Shown here: piece after piece, positions 34,649 to 44,513 of the stretch
How the letters are laid out: every line of letters starts with the position of its first letter
How positions within the stretch are numbered: position 1 is the first letter of the stretch
DNA from: Ignavibacteria bacterium
GTDB lineage: Bacteria > Bacteroidota > Ignavibacteria > Tepidaquicellales > Tepidaquicellaceae
Direction of reading: 5' to 3'
Assembly: GCA_035443185.1 (NCBI GenBank)
Contig: DAORRV010000001.1
Coordinates: forward strand, 42,191-106,190
Length of the DNA: 64,000 bases
Translations under genes and position numbers: made by a program
The notes under the pieces: model-generated
What the model saw: only the letters and a program-made list of their open reading frames with translations
Told to the model about the DNA's origin: nothing
Databases searched by the model: none

Positions 34649-36862
34649 TCATTTTTTCAGAACCATACGTTTGGTTTCATGCAGCTTTCCATTGAAAGAA
34701 ATCGCATAGAAATATATTCCACTCGCATAATTACTGCCGTCAAATTTAACATCATAATTTCCTGATACCTGCATTTCATTCACTAATAATGCAAGTTCAT
34801 TACCCAAAATATCATACACTTTTATTGAAACATTATTGGTGTACCCTACTATGTAATTTATATTTGTATGCGGGTTAAATGGATTTGGATAATTTGAAAG
34901 TGATGAAATATTTTTTTTCGGAGCTGCATTTGATAAAGTGCTGAAGACTTTAACTTCAGATTCAGAATAAATAATAGTACCGTTTTCACCGAAAGCAAAT
35001 ACACCTGCACTATTACAATTCAGGGTAAGTAATTTGTTATCTGTTAATGAATTCATTTTCACCCAGCTAATTCCTGCATCTGAAGAATGAATGACCGTTC
35101 CATTCTTACCAACAGCAGTTACATTAAAACTATCAGTGAACTTTACGGAAAAAAGATCTTTATATTGGATGTGAGATATATAATCCCATTTTGCACCTCC
35201 GTCTGAAGTTCTGAAAACAGTTCCGTTTTCACCAACTATCAATCCTGATATACCTCCGTTAAAATCTATCGAGTTAAGATCATATGGAATTAAATTTTGT
35301 GTGCTCCATGTATTTCCTCCATCAGATGTAACAGTTAAATTTCCATTGTCGCCAACTACAAATCCATTTTCACGGTCAGTAAAATGTATATCCTTGAAAG
35401 TACCGATAGTAAAATTACTGAAAAGACTTTTCCATGAATCACCACTGTTAGTAGTTTTTAAAATAGTACCCGTTGAATTATATTCATTACCACCGCAGAT
35501 GAATCCATTATATTTATCTTTAAAAAAAATTTTATTCAAATGGAAATCAGGATTTTGTTTAACAAAGGTGATCACTTCTTTCCAGTTATCACCTCCGTCT
35601 GTTGTTTTGAAGATCAAGCCGTTGTAGCTGCAAACAAATCCTGTAAAATCATTTACAAAACAAACTGAGCTGAGTATTAAGTTATCTCTGATCAAAATTT
35701 TTTCCCATTCGGACTTTAAATTAGAAACAGAATTTGAGATCTTTTTTCTGAATAAAATTCCGTTATCTCCTGCACAAAATAAAGTTCCGTTATCAGTGAC
35801 ATAGCTGTTGTGGAAATTCAAGTTATTACCTGAAAGTACATTCCAGTTATTTCCTTTATCCGAAAATTTCAAAACCCTTCCTCCATTTCCACATAAAAAT
35901 AATTCAGAACTGTTTTTAAAAAATACGTTTTTAAAAATCCCTTCTTTCAGAAATCCGGATCTCTGTGAGGTATCTTTCAGCCATTGCTTTCCACCGGTTG
36001 ATGTGATGAGTACAGTACCCAAATCGGTAACGATACAGCCGTGGTTTGGGTCAGCAAAATCCATTGACCTGACAAGATCGACACTTCCACCAAAAAGGTA
36101 GGGAAGTCCGAGAGAATTTCTTTCCCAATTGTCACCTCCGTTATTTGAAATATAAAAGTCGCCTTGTGGTGAATTACCAGCAGCAAATATTTTATTGGGG
36201 GATAAATATTCAATTTCCTTGATCTGCGAAGAAAACGGAATGTCAGCTTTGAGAAATTCCCAACTGATTCCTGCATTGGTAGTCCGGATAATTTCATTGT
36301 AACCTCCGCAAATACCGGTGTCCCCGTTCAGAAAATTTACACAAAACAGAGGAATGTTGATTTGTGAATTTAAATTTACCCATGTATTGCCATGATCTTC
36401 ACTCATTAAAATTTTTCCTCCGAGTCCGCAAACATATATCTTGTTTTCTTTTATACAAATGTCGTACAGATCCAATGAGGAATAATTGCTGATCTGCTTC
36501 CAGTTGACCCCGCCGTTATTTGTAATTAGTATAAGCCCATCTTTGCAGACACAAATGCCTAAATCTAAATTCCAGAATTCCATTTTAAAAATTTCCTTTT
36601 GTGTCCCCGAATTCAGACTTATCCAGTTTATGCCTTTGTCGGTAGTTTTAATTATATTTCCCATAGAGCCGGCTGCAAATCCTGTATTGTCATTAACAAA
36701 ATAAATACTGTTAAGAGTGTTGCCTGTCGGAAGAGGATGCTGCCACTGCCATTGAGACTGCGAATAAATTTGTATTGATTGAAAAAAAATACATTGCAGC
36801 ATAATGGAAAATTTTACAGCATTAGATAACTCAAACAACTTTAAATCAAATAATTTTTTCAT
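34649..36862 (-). CDS. BNR/Asp-box repeat (Ycf48-like double beta-propeller) protein with T9SS C-terminal sorting domain
   Basis: At least 11 'S/T-x-D/N-x-G-x-x-W' Asp-boxes (TTDKGINW, TNNGGVNW, SEDHGNTW, TTNAGISW, TTDGGDNW, TSDGGNTW, TSDGGAKW and others). C-terminus 'NYPNPFNPHTNINY...GIYFYAI...KRMVLKK'. Confidence 0.75.
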   Translation of the reverse strand: MKKLFDLKLFELSNAVKFSIMLQCIFFQSIQIYSQSQWQWQHPLPTGNTLNSIYFVNDNTGFAAGSMGNIIKTTDKGINWISLNSGTQKEIFKMEFWNLDLGICVCKDGLILITNNGGVNWKQISNYSSLDLYDICIKENKIYVCGLGGKILMSEDHGNTWVNLNSQINIPLFCVNFLNGDTGICGGYNEIIRTTNAGISWEFLKADIPFSSQIKEIEYLSPNKIFAAGNSPQGDFYISNNGGDNWERNSLGLPYLFGGSVDLVRSMDFADPNHGCIVTDLGTVLITSTGGKQWLKDTSQRSGFLKEGIFKNVFFKNSSELFLCGNGGRVLKFSDKGNNWNVLSGNNLNFHNSYVTDNGTLFCAGDNGILFRKKISNSVSNLKSEWEKILIRDNLILSSVCFVNDFTGFVCSYNGLIFKTTDGGDNWKEVITFVKQNPDFHLNKIFFKDKYNGFICGGNEYNSTGTILKTTNSGDSWKSLFSNFTIGTFKDIHFTDRENGFVVGDNGNLTVTSDGGNTWSTQNLIPYDLNSIDFNGGISGLIVGENGTVFRTSDGGAKWDYISHIQYKDLFSVKFTDSFNVTAVGKNGTVIHSSDAGISWVKMNSLTDNKLLTLNCNSAGVFAFGENGTIIYSESEVKVFSTLSNAAPKKNISSLSNYPNPFNPHTNINYIVGYTNNVSIKVYDILGNELALLVNEMQVSGNYDVKFDGSNYASGIYFYAISFNGKLHETKRMVLKK

Positions 36863-37137
36863 AATGATCTTCTCCTTTTAATTAATTCCTGTGTAAAATA
36901 TTCAGACAGTACAGAAAAGTCAATTGGTAATATTCTGTGTTTGTGAAAATGAATTTAATTCATGATCCGAAGAATCCGATAAGCAAGTGATTTTGCGTGA
37001 ACGATTTAGATTAGTAAACTTTGATTTAAAATCGGCAGGTGTTATAAATTTATAATTTCATAATTAGATTTAAAATTATTAAAAGACCTACTGAATTTTT
37101 ATTTATATATTCCATGTAAGATTGATTAATTTATCGA

Positions 37138-38187
37138 ATGCAAAAAAGAATTCTCATTGTGCGGATGGATAAGGTCGGTGATGTGGTGATGATAACACCA
37201 ATGATCAGGGAGCTGAAAAAAAAGTTTCCGGATTCATTTGTAGGAACTCTTACATCTGAAAACACAGCAGATATATTAATGAATAATCCCTATCTCGATG
37301 TAAGCATTACTGATGACATGAAGAAAGGATCATTTGGAAAAGTCGTGAAGGAGATAAGATCTCACAAGTTCACAGACGGTTTACTTGTCATGCCAACCGA
37401 AAGAGCTGCATATCAAATGTTTCTGGCGGGAATAAAAAACCGCATCGGAGTCGGTAAAAAACTCTACGAGGTCATTACTTTTATGAAAAGTGTCTCCCGC
37501 AATAATTACATTCCGCTCAGACATGAAGCGGATTATTGTATGGATCTTGCACGTGCGCTTGGAGTTGTCACTGATGACCTGATTCCCGAGATTTTTCTAA
37601 CTGAAATAGAATTGAAAGAGGGAGGCGAAATACTTTCCGGACTGGGGTGCAATATGGATTCTGAAAAGATCATTGTTCATACAGGCTCAGGAAATTCCTC
37701 ACGTAACTGGAGTGAAGATAAATACATGAATTTGATAAAGGAAATTATTAAAATTAAACCAAACGCATATATTATTCTTACAGCAAAAGAAATGTCCGGT
37801 GATTTTCAAGACAGTATTAGAAAATTAAATAGTGAGAAAATAATAAATGCTGCTGTGTCTATTAAACGGCTCAGGGATCTTATTAAAATAATTGGTAATG
37901 CAGATGTTTTAATCGCTTCTTCCACAGGTCCGCTGCATATTGCATCTGCTCTTAAAGTAAAAACGATAGGGTTATATTGTCACAGAGCGATGAATTGTGC
38001 AAAACACTGGGGAGCTTTAGGGAACAAAGCAGTGAATATTGAAGTAAGACGTGAGAATTGTGATTTGTACTGTAGCAGCGATAAAGAAATTTGTGAATTT
38101 GAGAACGGAATTACAATTAAAGAAGTATTAAAAATAATGGCATATAATAAAATTATTTATCTTATATTTACGATATATTTATATTAA
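37138..38187 (+). CDS. Glycosyltransferase family 9 (LPS heptosyltransferase-like)
   Basis: The N-terminal 'ILIVRMDKVGDVVMITPMIRELKKKFP' is the GT9 signature. The C-terminal 'SSTGPLHIASAL' matches the donor-binding region. Confidence 0.8.
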   Translation: MQKRILIVRMDKVGDVVMITPMIRELKKKFPDSFVGTLTSENTADILMNNPYLDVSITDDMKKGSFGKVVKEIRSHKFTDGLLVMPTERAAYQMFLAGIKNRIGVGKKLYEVITFMKSVSRNNYIPLRHEADYCMDLARALGVVTDDLIPEIFLTEIELKEGGEILSGLGCNMDSEKIIVHTGSGNSSRNWSEDKYMNLIKEIIKIKPNAYIILTAKEMSGDFQDSIRKLNSEKIINAAVSIKRLRDLIKIIGNADVLIASSTGPLHIASALKVKTIGLYCHRAMNCAKHWGALGNKAVNIEVRRENCDLYCSSDKEICEFENGITIKEVLKIMAYNKIIYLIFTIYLY

Positions 38188-38221
38188 CTGTAAACAATTT
38201 TTTTCAAATTAAAAAAAAATA

Positions 38222-38923
38222 ATGAAAATAAATACAAAAAAATCTCTAAAATCAACTTTAATGATGATCATTTGTTTGGTATCATTTATTAAGTTTTCCG
38301 GATGTTCGGAGGATGATATACTTATTCCTGTAGTTACATATTCAAATTTGAGCGTTTATCATGTGGATATGATTACTGGAAATTTAGATATCCAGATAAA
38401 CAATGTAGTGGCAGCATCAAATGTAGTCTATCTTGAAAGACTAAATTATCAGCAACTCTTACCGGGAAATAACAATCTGAAAATTCAAAACGCTTCCGGT
38501 ACAACATTAATAGATACAACATTTTTCCTTTCTGAAAATAATTACTATTCTGTTTTTATTTATGATGTCGGAGGTGTTGCAAAACCTCTTATTGTAACTG
38601 ACAATCTTACTAATCCGGGTACTACAAATTCATCTGTCAGATTTATAAATTTTGCACCCGGCGCCGGATCTCTTGCATTAGGTGGTACAAGTAAACCTTC
38701 TCCATGGTTTCCAAATGAAGCTTACGGAGTTCCTGCAAGTTTCAGACCCATCACTGGCGGTGTTTATAATCTATATATGAATGAAGCTCTTACACCGAAT
38801 ACATTAGCTACTCTTATCGATCAGACCTTGGCAGCGGGAAGGATCTATACTATTATAGGTAAAGGTATTGCAGGTGGTACAGGTAATCAGAATATAGGAA
38901 TAGTCGTTTACAACAATCAATAA
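38222..38923 (+). CDS. DUF4397-like lipoprotein
   Basis: Lipobox 'FSGC'. Two repeats of the pattern '(V/I)R(F/V)(I/V)N..P....L'. Confidence 0.5.
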   Translation: MKINTKKSLKSTLMMIICLVSFIKFSGCSEDDILIPVVTYSNLSVYHVDMITGNLDIQINNVVAASNVVYLERLNYQQLLPGNNNLKIQNASGTTLIDTTFFLSENNYYSVFIYDVGGVAKPLIVTDNLTNPGTTNSSVRFINFAPGAGSLALGGTSKPSPWFPNEAYGVPASFRPITGGVYNLYMNEALTPNTLATLIDQTLAAGRIYTIIGKGIAGGTGNQNIGIVVYNNQ

Positions 38924-38945
38924 TATAAAATAAATCATAAAAAAA

Positions 38946-38972
38946 AGTCCGCTAAATGCGGGCTTTTTTTTT
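38946..38972 (+). terminator. Rho-independent terminator
   Basis: AGTCCGC/GCGGGCT stem (38946-38952 / 38958-38964) with a 5-nt loop and a 9-T run. Confidence 0.75.
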
Positions 38973-38998
38973 ACAATGTAATTTCTTTGTGAAAGAAA

Positions 38999-39733
38999 AT
39001 GGAATGCAAAAACTGCGGCAATGATTTTACCGGTAAATTCTGTAATGAATGCGGTCAGAAGAATGTTGACGGCAGAATTACGATCCGGGAGATACTTCAT
39101 AATTTTATACATTCTTTTACTCATATTGACTCCGGTATTTTTTTTCTGATAAAAGAATTATTTATCCGCCCCGGGGCAGTAGTCAGAGAATATCTCAGCG
39201 GTAAAAGGAAAAAATATTTCAACCCATTCCAGTTTCTGATCATCGCAATTGCAATCGCTGCTTTTCTTGCAGTAAAATTCACTTTATTCGGTCCAAACAT
39301 AGATCCTGATACAATAGAAGCGTTAAATTCCCAGCAGAGATTCTGGTTACTGTTCAATAAATTTATTTACAGGAATTTTAACTTAATATTGTTTCTCAGC
39401 GTGCCGGTAGCTGCAGTTTATTCCAGATTAATATTCAGGAAGTCAGGTTATAACTATGCAGAGCATCTTGTATTCAATACTTTTTTAGCGGCTGAAAGAA
39501 CAGTTTTGTATATAATCTTAACTCCGCTGATTTACTTCACGAAATCGAACTGGACTATAGGTGTAGGAATTTATTATATATTATGGGTAATTTATTACGG
39601 ATATTCATATGTCAGTTTTTTTGGCGGGAATAAATTTATAACTATTTTAAAATATATCTGTGTGCTTTTATTGCTGATGCTGACAAGTCAGACCATTTCA
39701 ATGTCGGTGTTTTATTTTTTCTTTTACAAGTAA
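38999..39733 (+). CDS. DUF3667-like membrane protein with N-terminal zinc-ribbon
   Basis: 'CKNCGNDFTGKFCNECGQK' zinc ribbon, then 'RPGAVVREYLSGKRKKYFNPFQFL' and several TM helices. Confidence 0.6.
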   Translation: MECKNCGNDFTGKFCNECGQKNVDGRITIREILHNFIHSFTHIDSGIFFLIKELFIRPGAVVREYLSGKRKKYFNPFQFLIIAIAIAAFLAVKFTLFGPNIDPDTIEALNSQQRFWLLFNKFIYRNFNLILFLSVPVAAVYSRLIFRKSGYNYAEHLVFNTFLAAERTVLYIILTPLIYFTKSNWTIGVGIYYILWVIYYGYSYVSFFGGNKFITILKYICVLLLLMLTSQTISMSVFYFFFYK

Positions 39734-39739
39734 TCGGAT

Positions 39740-40990
39740 TTAGTTTTTTACAAAAATCTTTTGATTTTTAAATATTGATTTTTTTTCAAGCTCTTTTCTT
39801 TTATCAAATGCCAATCCCGGCCAATTTACAAGAATAAGCTGTGCAGCATTTCTGTCAGCGATTGCAAGATCGTCTATGTCAACAATAATATCACCGTTCA
39901 GATTTGTAACTGCATTTCCTAATGTATAATTGAACAGGTCATTATCAATCATAACAAGATCATCAGAATCAATTATCTGATCGTTATTCACATTCCCGCT
40001 GTAAATACAGCCCCGGCTTCCTTTCAATACCATGTTGCTGCCATAAGCCTGCGAAACTGAGGAAGTGAAGTCATAGAAATTATTTCCTTCTGCCAGTGTT
40101 ACTCCGCCGGATTTACTCCAGGTCTCAAGACCGTTTTTTGTTTTTACGACTATATAATAATTGGAGAACAAAGAAATGTTTTGAAAATCGAAGTTACCTG
40201 TTAGGTTAACTGAATCTATTATTGCAGATGCAGAATCTACAACTTGATAAGGAGAAGTGCTTTTTCTTAAATAAACAGTGGCAGTTTCTTTTTTAAAAAG
40301 TTTATCGTTTGAAACATTGTATAATCCTTCAATCGAAATTTTCAAATTAAGGTTTACATTTACAAAAACCGGATTCATATTTATAAAATGGTTTGAACAT
40401 CGTGTCATTTCTTTATTTAAACAGCCATTTGCGTCATACCAGTTGATCTTTGTTCTTGTTGCTGATAATGGTGATTCACAACTGTCTCTAAAAATAATAG
40501 GATTAGTATCAAGAGCTGATAAATTAATTGGAGTTGATGATTTTAAATTATATCTGCCGATCAGGATTGGGACACCTTGCTGCATGATTAAACCACCTCC
40601 GCATCCGGGTAATGAATTAGCAGCAGCTCTGAATTCATAATTCCCTGGAGAGTTTGAAGCAATTATTGTATTTGTATTCCTAGGTCTGAAACTTTCCGGT
40701 AGGTCTGAAACTGGAACACCGTTTGCAGTGTCAAGCATGAAAGATGAAGCCGATCCGAAACCAGCATAAAAAGTCCCAAGTGATTGAGGTCCTCTAAGAA
40801 AAAATGTCCATCCTGCTAATTGCATTACCGTGGCATCGGTATGAGTAAAAACCAGATCAAATTTTAACAGATAAGGAGAAACCAGATTAAAGTTTTTTGC
40901 TTCAAGAGTGTATTGCGGAATCTGAGCTGATGACTCATTTATAATTATCAACTGTGAAATTAATATTAAAATAAAAATTATCTTTTTCAT
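39740..40990 (-). CDS. Secreted paralog A1 (type A, 416 aa): unknown N-domain + beta-sandwich-like module + dockerin-like domain + basic tail
   Basis: Signal peptide. 'PQYTLEAKNF...QLAGWTFF...VSDLPESFRPRN...NSPGNYEFRAAANSLPGCG'. 'IEGLYN...LRKSTSPYQVVDS...YYIVVKTKNGLETWS'. 'GNVNNDQIIDSDD...NLNGDIIVDIDDLAIADRN'. 'WPG' followed by a K/R-rich tail. Confidence 0.85.
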   Translation of the reverse strand: MKKIIFILILISQLIIINESSAQIPQYTLEAKNFNLVSPYLLKFDLVFTHTDATVMQLAGWTFFLRGPQSLGTFYAGFGSASSFMLDTANGVPVSDLPESFRPRNTNTIIASNSPGNYEFRAAANSLPGCGGGLIMQQGVPILIGRYNLKSSTPINLSALDTNPIIFRDSCESPLSATRTKINWYDANGCLNKEMTRCSNHFINMNPVFVNVNLNLKISIEGLYNVSNDKLFKKETATVYLRKSTSPYQVVDSASAIIDSVNLTGNFDFQNISLFSNYYIVVKTKNGLETWSKSGGVTLAEGNNFYDFTSSVSQAYGSNMVLKGSRGCIYSGNVNNDQIIDSDDLVMIDNDLFNYTLGNAVTNLNGDIIVDIDDLAIADRNAAQLILVNWPGLAFDKRKELEKKSIFKNQKIFVKN

Positions 40991-41036
40991 AAATAGTTTG
41001 AAATTTATTGAACAATTAAATTTTCAAATATTGAAA

Positions 41037-42140
41037 TTAAGGTGTTATTACACCTGCAAACAGAAACACATTATTATCAGCTATAGCAAGATCATCAAGG
41101 TCAACAAATCTGTCACCATTCAGATCTGTAATAACATCTCCGCTTAAGAAATTTGTGCCGTCATTATATACTCTTGACATATCTGAAATATCTACAAATC
41201 CGGAGTTATCAATATCCCCGCTGTATAAACAATATTTGCTTCCTTTTAAAACCAAATTATTACCATACGCTTTTGAAGAGGCAACTGTGAAATCATAATT
41301 TAAAGTATTTCCGATTACTATATTCTCTCCGCCGGATCTGCTCCAGGTCTCGAGTGAATTTATATACTTCATCACAAGATAATACGATCCACCTTGAATA
41401 AAACGAAAAGTAAAATTACTTAACAATGTATTTGAGTCTAAAATAGAAATTGATGAATCTATAATCTGATAAGGGGAAACTGATTTTCTCAAAAACAATT
41501 TAATTGAATCTCTTTTAAGATGTTTATTCTGAATTGGTCTGTATAAGCCTTCTATAGCAACTTTGATTTCAAGTGAAGTTTGAATTCCGGATGTGTCAAT
41601 AAGGTAAGAAGCTCCCGAAGTTACATTCGTATTTACTGTTCCTACATAAGCGTAAATTTTCGTAAACGGATCCGGTGACTGTGTTCTCCATGCAAAGTTT
41701 AACGGAACATTCGCGAAAGATCCGGCAGTTGTCTGAATTTTCATTTTTGCAATCTTCGTTCCCGGACTTCCGTTGTTTGTCATAATAAAACCATTCCCCG
41801 CGCTTGGGAAAATATTTGCAGCAAGTCTTAGCTGACTTCCTGATACCTGAGGATTTCGCGGCCGCATATTGACAGGGAGATCAGAACTGTCAGAAGAATA
41901 TGTATAAGATAATGTTCCGCCATTTGCAATATCAGTATTAACATTAAAAAAATATTGTCCTCCGGAATATTCAAATACAGTCGGTGAATTTGTATGCTCC
42001 AATCGAATCTCAAATTCTAAAACATTCGGTGATGTAAATACAAAATTCAATGATTTAAGATTAAATGTTGGAGTTTGAGAAAACATAATTCCCGGCGAAA
42101 ACAGAATAATTATTATTATTGATTTGAAAAAATTTATCAT
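41037..42140 (-). CDS. Secreted paralog B1 (type B, 367 aa): related N-domain + beta-sandwich-like module + dockerin-like domain
   Basis: Signal peptide. 'FEYSGGQYFFNVN..IANGGTLSYTY...RPRNPQVSGSQLRLAAN'. 'IEGLYRP...LRKSVSPYQIIDS...YYLVMKYINSLETWS'. 'GDIDNSGFVDISD...DLNGDRFVDLDDLAIADNN'. Its ATG overlaps the A2 stop (ATGA). Confidence 0.85.
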   Translation of the reverse strand: MINFFKSIIIIILFSPGIMFSQTPTFNLKSLNFVFTSPNVLEFEIRLEHTNSPTVFEYSGGQYFFNVNTDIANGGTLSYTYSSDSSDLPVNMRPRNPQVSGSQLRLAANIFPSAGNGFIMTNNGSPGTKIAKMKIQTTAGSFANVPLNFAWRTQSPDPFTKIYAYVGTVNTNVTSGASYLIDTSGIQTSLEIKVAIEGLYRPIQNKHLKRDSIKLFLRKSVSPYQIIDSSISILDSNTLLSNFTFRFIQGGSYYLVMKYINSLETWSRSGGENIVIGNTLNYDFTVASSKAYGNNLVLKGSKYCLYSGDIDNSGFVDISDMSRVYNDGTNFLSGDVITDLNGDRFVDLDDLAIADNNVFLFAGVITP

Positions 42141-43372
42141 TTGAAATCTCCTGTAAATGTTTTGCTTTTTAATGAAATGTTTCTTTTATTTGTTGTCTGT
42201 CCCGGCCATTCTACTAAGATCAACTGTCCGGCATTCCTGTTTACAATTGCCATATCATCTATATCAACTATATTATCTCCGTTTAGATTTGTGATACTAT
42301 TTCCCAAGACATAATTATAAACGTCATTATCAATCATACTCAGATCATCAGTATCAATTATCTGATCGTTATTCACATTCCCGCTGTAAATACAATACCG
42401 GCTTCCGTTCAGTACCATATTATTACCAAATGCCTGAGATGCTGAAGTCGTGAAGTTGTAGGAGTTACCGCCGACTATTAATAATTCACCGCCCGACTTA
42501 CTCCATGTTTCTATAGTATTTCTGCTTTTTACCGCGATATAGTAATTTCCATTCAGATGATTCTCAAATATGAAATTTGCTGTTAAATTAACGGAATCAA
42601 TAAACGCTACTGAAGAATCTAATATCTGATAAGGTGTATTTACGCTTCGCAGAAAAGCTGTAACAGATTCCTTTCTGTTTAATGTATTATTTATTGGATT
42701 ATAAAGTCCTTCATTTGCCATAATTATATTAAGACTTATATTATTTTCCAATCCAGATAGATCTACTGAATGACTTGCGCATCTGGTCATTTCAACTCCT
42801 AGACAATGACTTAATATGTATGGATTTATCTTTGTTCTTGTAACTGAAAGAGGAGTATCACAACTGTCTCTAAAAGTAAAAGAGTTTTCATTTAAAACAC
42901 TAATGTCTATTATGGATGTAGATTTTAATTTATATCTGCCAATTAATGTAGGTACATTGACTGGTATAGATAATCCGTTTCCACATCCGGGGAGAGAGTT
43001 TGCAGCAATTCTGAATTCATAATTACCAGGTGAGTTTGAAGCAATCACAGTATTAGGATTTCTAGGTCTGAAAGATTCAGGTATATCTGAAACAGGAATT
43101 CCATTTATTGTGTCTAAAACAAAAGAAGAACTTGTTCCAAATCCGGGAAGAAAATTGCCTAAAGTCTGAGGTGCTTTTAAAAAAAACTGCCAGCCAGCTA
43201 ATTGCCATTGAATAAAATCCAAATTGGTAAAAACCAGATCAAACTTTAAAGTATGGGCATTTGTAAGTTCGAAATTTTTTGCTTCAAGTGTATATTGTGG
43301 CAATTGTGCATTAGAACTATTAGTTAAAACAAGCATACAAAATATTGAGAATAGAAGTAAATTTTTTTTCAT
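42137..43372 (-). CDS. Secreted paralog A2 (type A, 411 aa)
   Basis: Collinear with A1 and A3 along its full length. Shares a 42-nt identical DNA run with A1 (42353-42394 = 39968-40009). Confidence 0.85.
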   Translation of the reverse strand: MKKNLLLFSIFCMLVLTNSSNAQLPQYTLEAKNFELTNAHTLKFDLVFTNLDFIQWQLAGWQFFLKAPQTLGNFLPGFGTSSSFVLDTINGIPVSDIPESFRPRNPNTVIASNSPGNYEFRIAANSLPGCGNGLSIPVNVPTLIGRYKLKSTSIIDISVLNENSFTFRDSCDTPLSVTRTKINPYILSHCLGVEMTRCASHSVDLSGLENNISLNIIMANEGLYNPINNTLNRKESVTAFLRSVNTPYQILDSSVAFIDSVNLTANFIFENHLNGNYYIAVKSRNTIETWSKSGGELLIVGGNSYNFTTSASQAFGNNMVLNGSRYCIYSGNVNNDQIIDTDDLSMIDNDVYNYVLGNSITNLNGDNIVDIDDMAIVNRNAGQLILVEWPGQTTNKRNISLKSKTFTGDFK

Positions 43373-43403
43373 ATTTATTTAAAGTTTATAAAGTGTAAAT
43401 TAC

Positions 43404-44513
43404 TCAATCTCCATAAATCGGATTTCTAATTAATTTATTTCTATTATTATCAATGATAGACATATCTCTTCCCTCTACAACAAAATCACCATTAAAATCA
43501 GTTGGTCTAAATCCAGATGCATAAGTAAAAACATCATTATCTACATCACTTAAATCAGAAATATCAATTATATAATCCTGATTGACATCACCACTATAGA
43601 TACAATATAATGTTCCTCTAAGTGCTAAATTATTTCCATATGCTTTTGAAGCTGATGTTGTAAAATCATAATTATAAATATTACCATTCATCACCGTTTC
43701 ACCACCTGCTTTACTCCAAGTCTCAAGAGAATTATAATGTTTTACAACAAGATAGTAAGTTCCGTTGACAGCGTTTCTATATGTGAAGGTTGCACTTAAA
43801 GATAGTGAATCAATTATGTTTGTTGCTGAATCAACATAGTTATAAGGTGCAACTGATTTTGCAAGATATACCGTTACAGTATCTCTTCTATTATGAACGT
43901 GGAAGGCAGTTTTCAATAATCCGTCAATTGCTACTTTTAAATTGAAAGTTAAAATTATTCCAGATGAATCAATCGAGTGAACAGCATTTGAAGTTATGTT
44001 AGTATTAGTATTACCAACATATGCGTATATTTTTGTATAAGGATCAGGAAGATTATTTCTCCATTCAAAACTCAAGGGTGCATTAGTAAGAGATGGTGCA
44101 GTAGTAGTTAATTTCATACTGACAATTCTTGTACCGGGATTTCCGTTGTTAGTCATTATAAAGCCATTACCAGCTCCTGGAAACAAATTGCTTGCAAGTC
44201 TGAGTTGATTTCCGGATATCTGAGGATTTCTGGGTCTCATATGCTGAGGAAGTTCAGAAGTATCTCCGGCATAAGTATAAGATAATGTTCCTCCGTTCGC
44301 AATGAGTGGATTGAAATTAAAAAAGTACTGACCACCGGAATATTCAAAAGTTGTAGGCGCATTTGTATGTTCAATGAAAATATCAAACTGCAATACATTT
44401 GGAGCCGGATGTGAAAAATTTTTTGCTGTTAAATTATACAATGGTGCTTGTGAAAAAGAAACTACAGGTAATATTAAATACAAAAAAATAAATAATTTGG
44501 ATAAAATGTTCAT
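43404..44513 (-). CDS. Secreted paralog B2 (type B, 369 aa)
   Basis: Collinear with B1. Its ATG overlaps the A3 stop (ATGA at 44510-44513). Confidence 0.85.
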   Translation of the reverse strand: MNILSKLFIFLYLILPVVSFSQAPLYNLTAKNFSHPAPNVLQFDIFIEHTNAPTTFEYSGGQYFFNFNPLIANGGTLSYTYAGDTSELPQHMRPRNPQISGNQLRLASNLFPGAGNGFIMTNNGNPGTRIVSMKLTTTAPSLTNAPLSFEWRNNLPDPYTKIYAYVGNTNTNITSNAVHSIDSSGIILTFNLKVAIDGLLKTAFHVHNRRDTVTVYLAKSVAPYNYVDSATNIIDSLSLSATFTYRNAVNGTYYLVVKHYNSLETWSKAGGETVMNGNIYNYDFTTSASKAYGNNLALRGTLYCIYSGDVNQDYIIDISDLSDVDNDVFTYASGFRPTDFNGDFVVEGRDMSIIDNNRNKLIRNPIYGD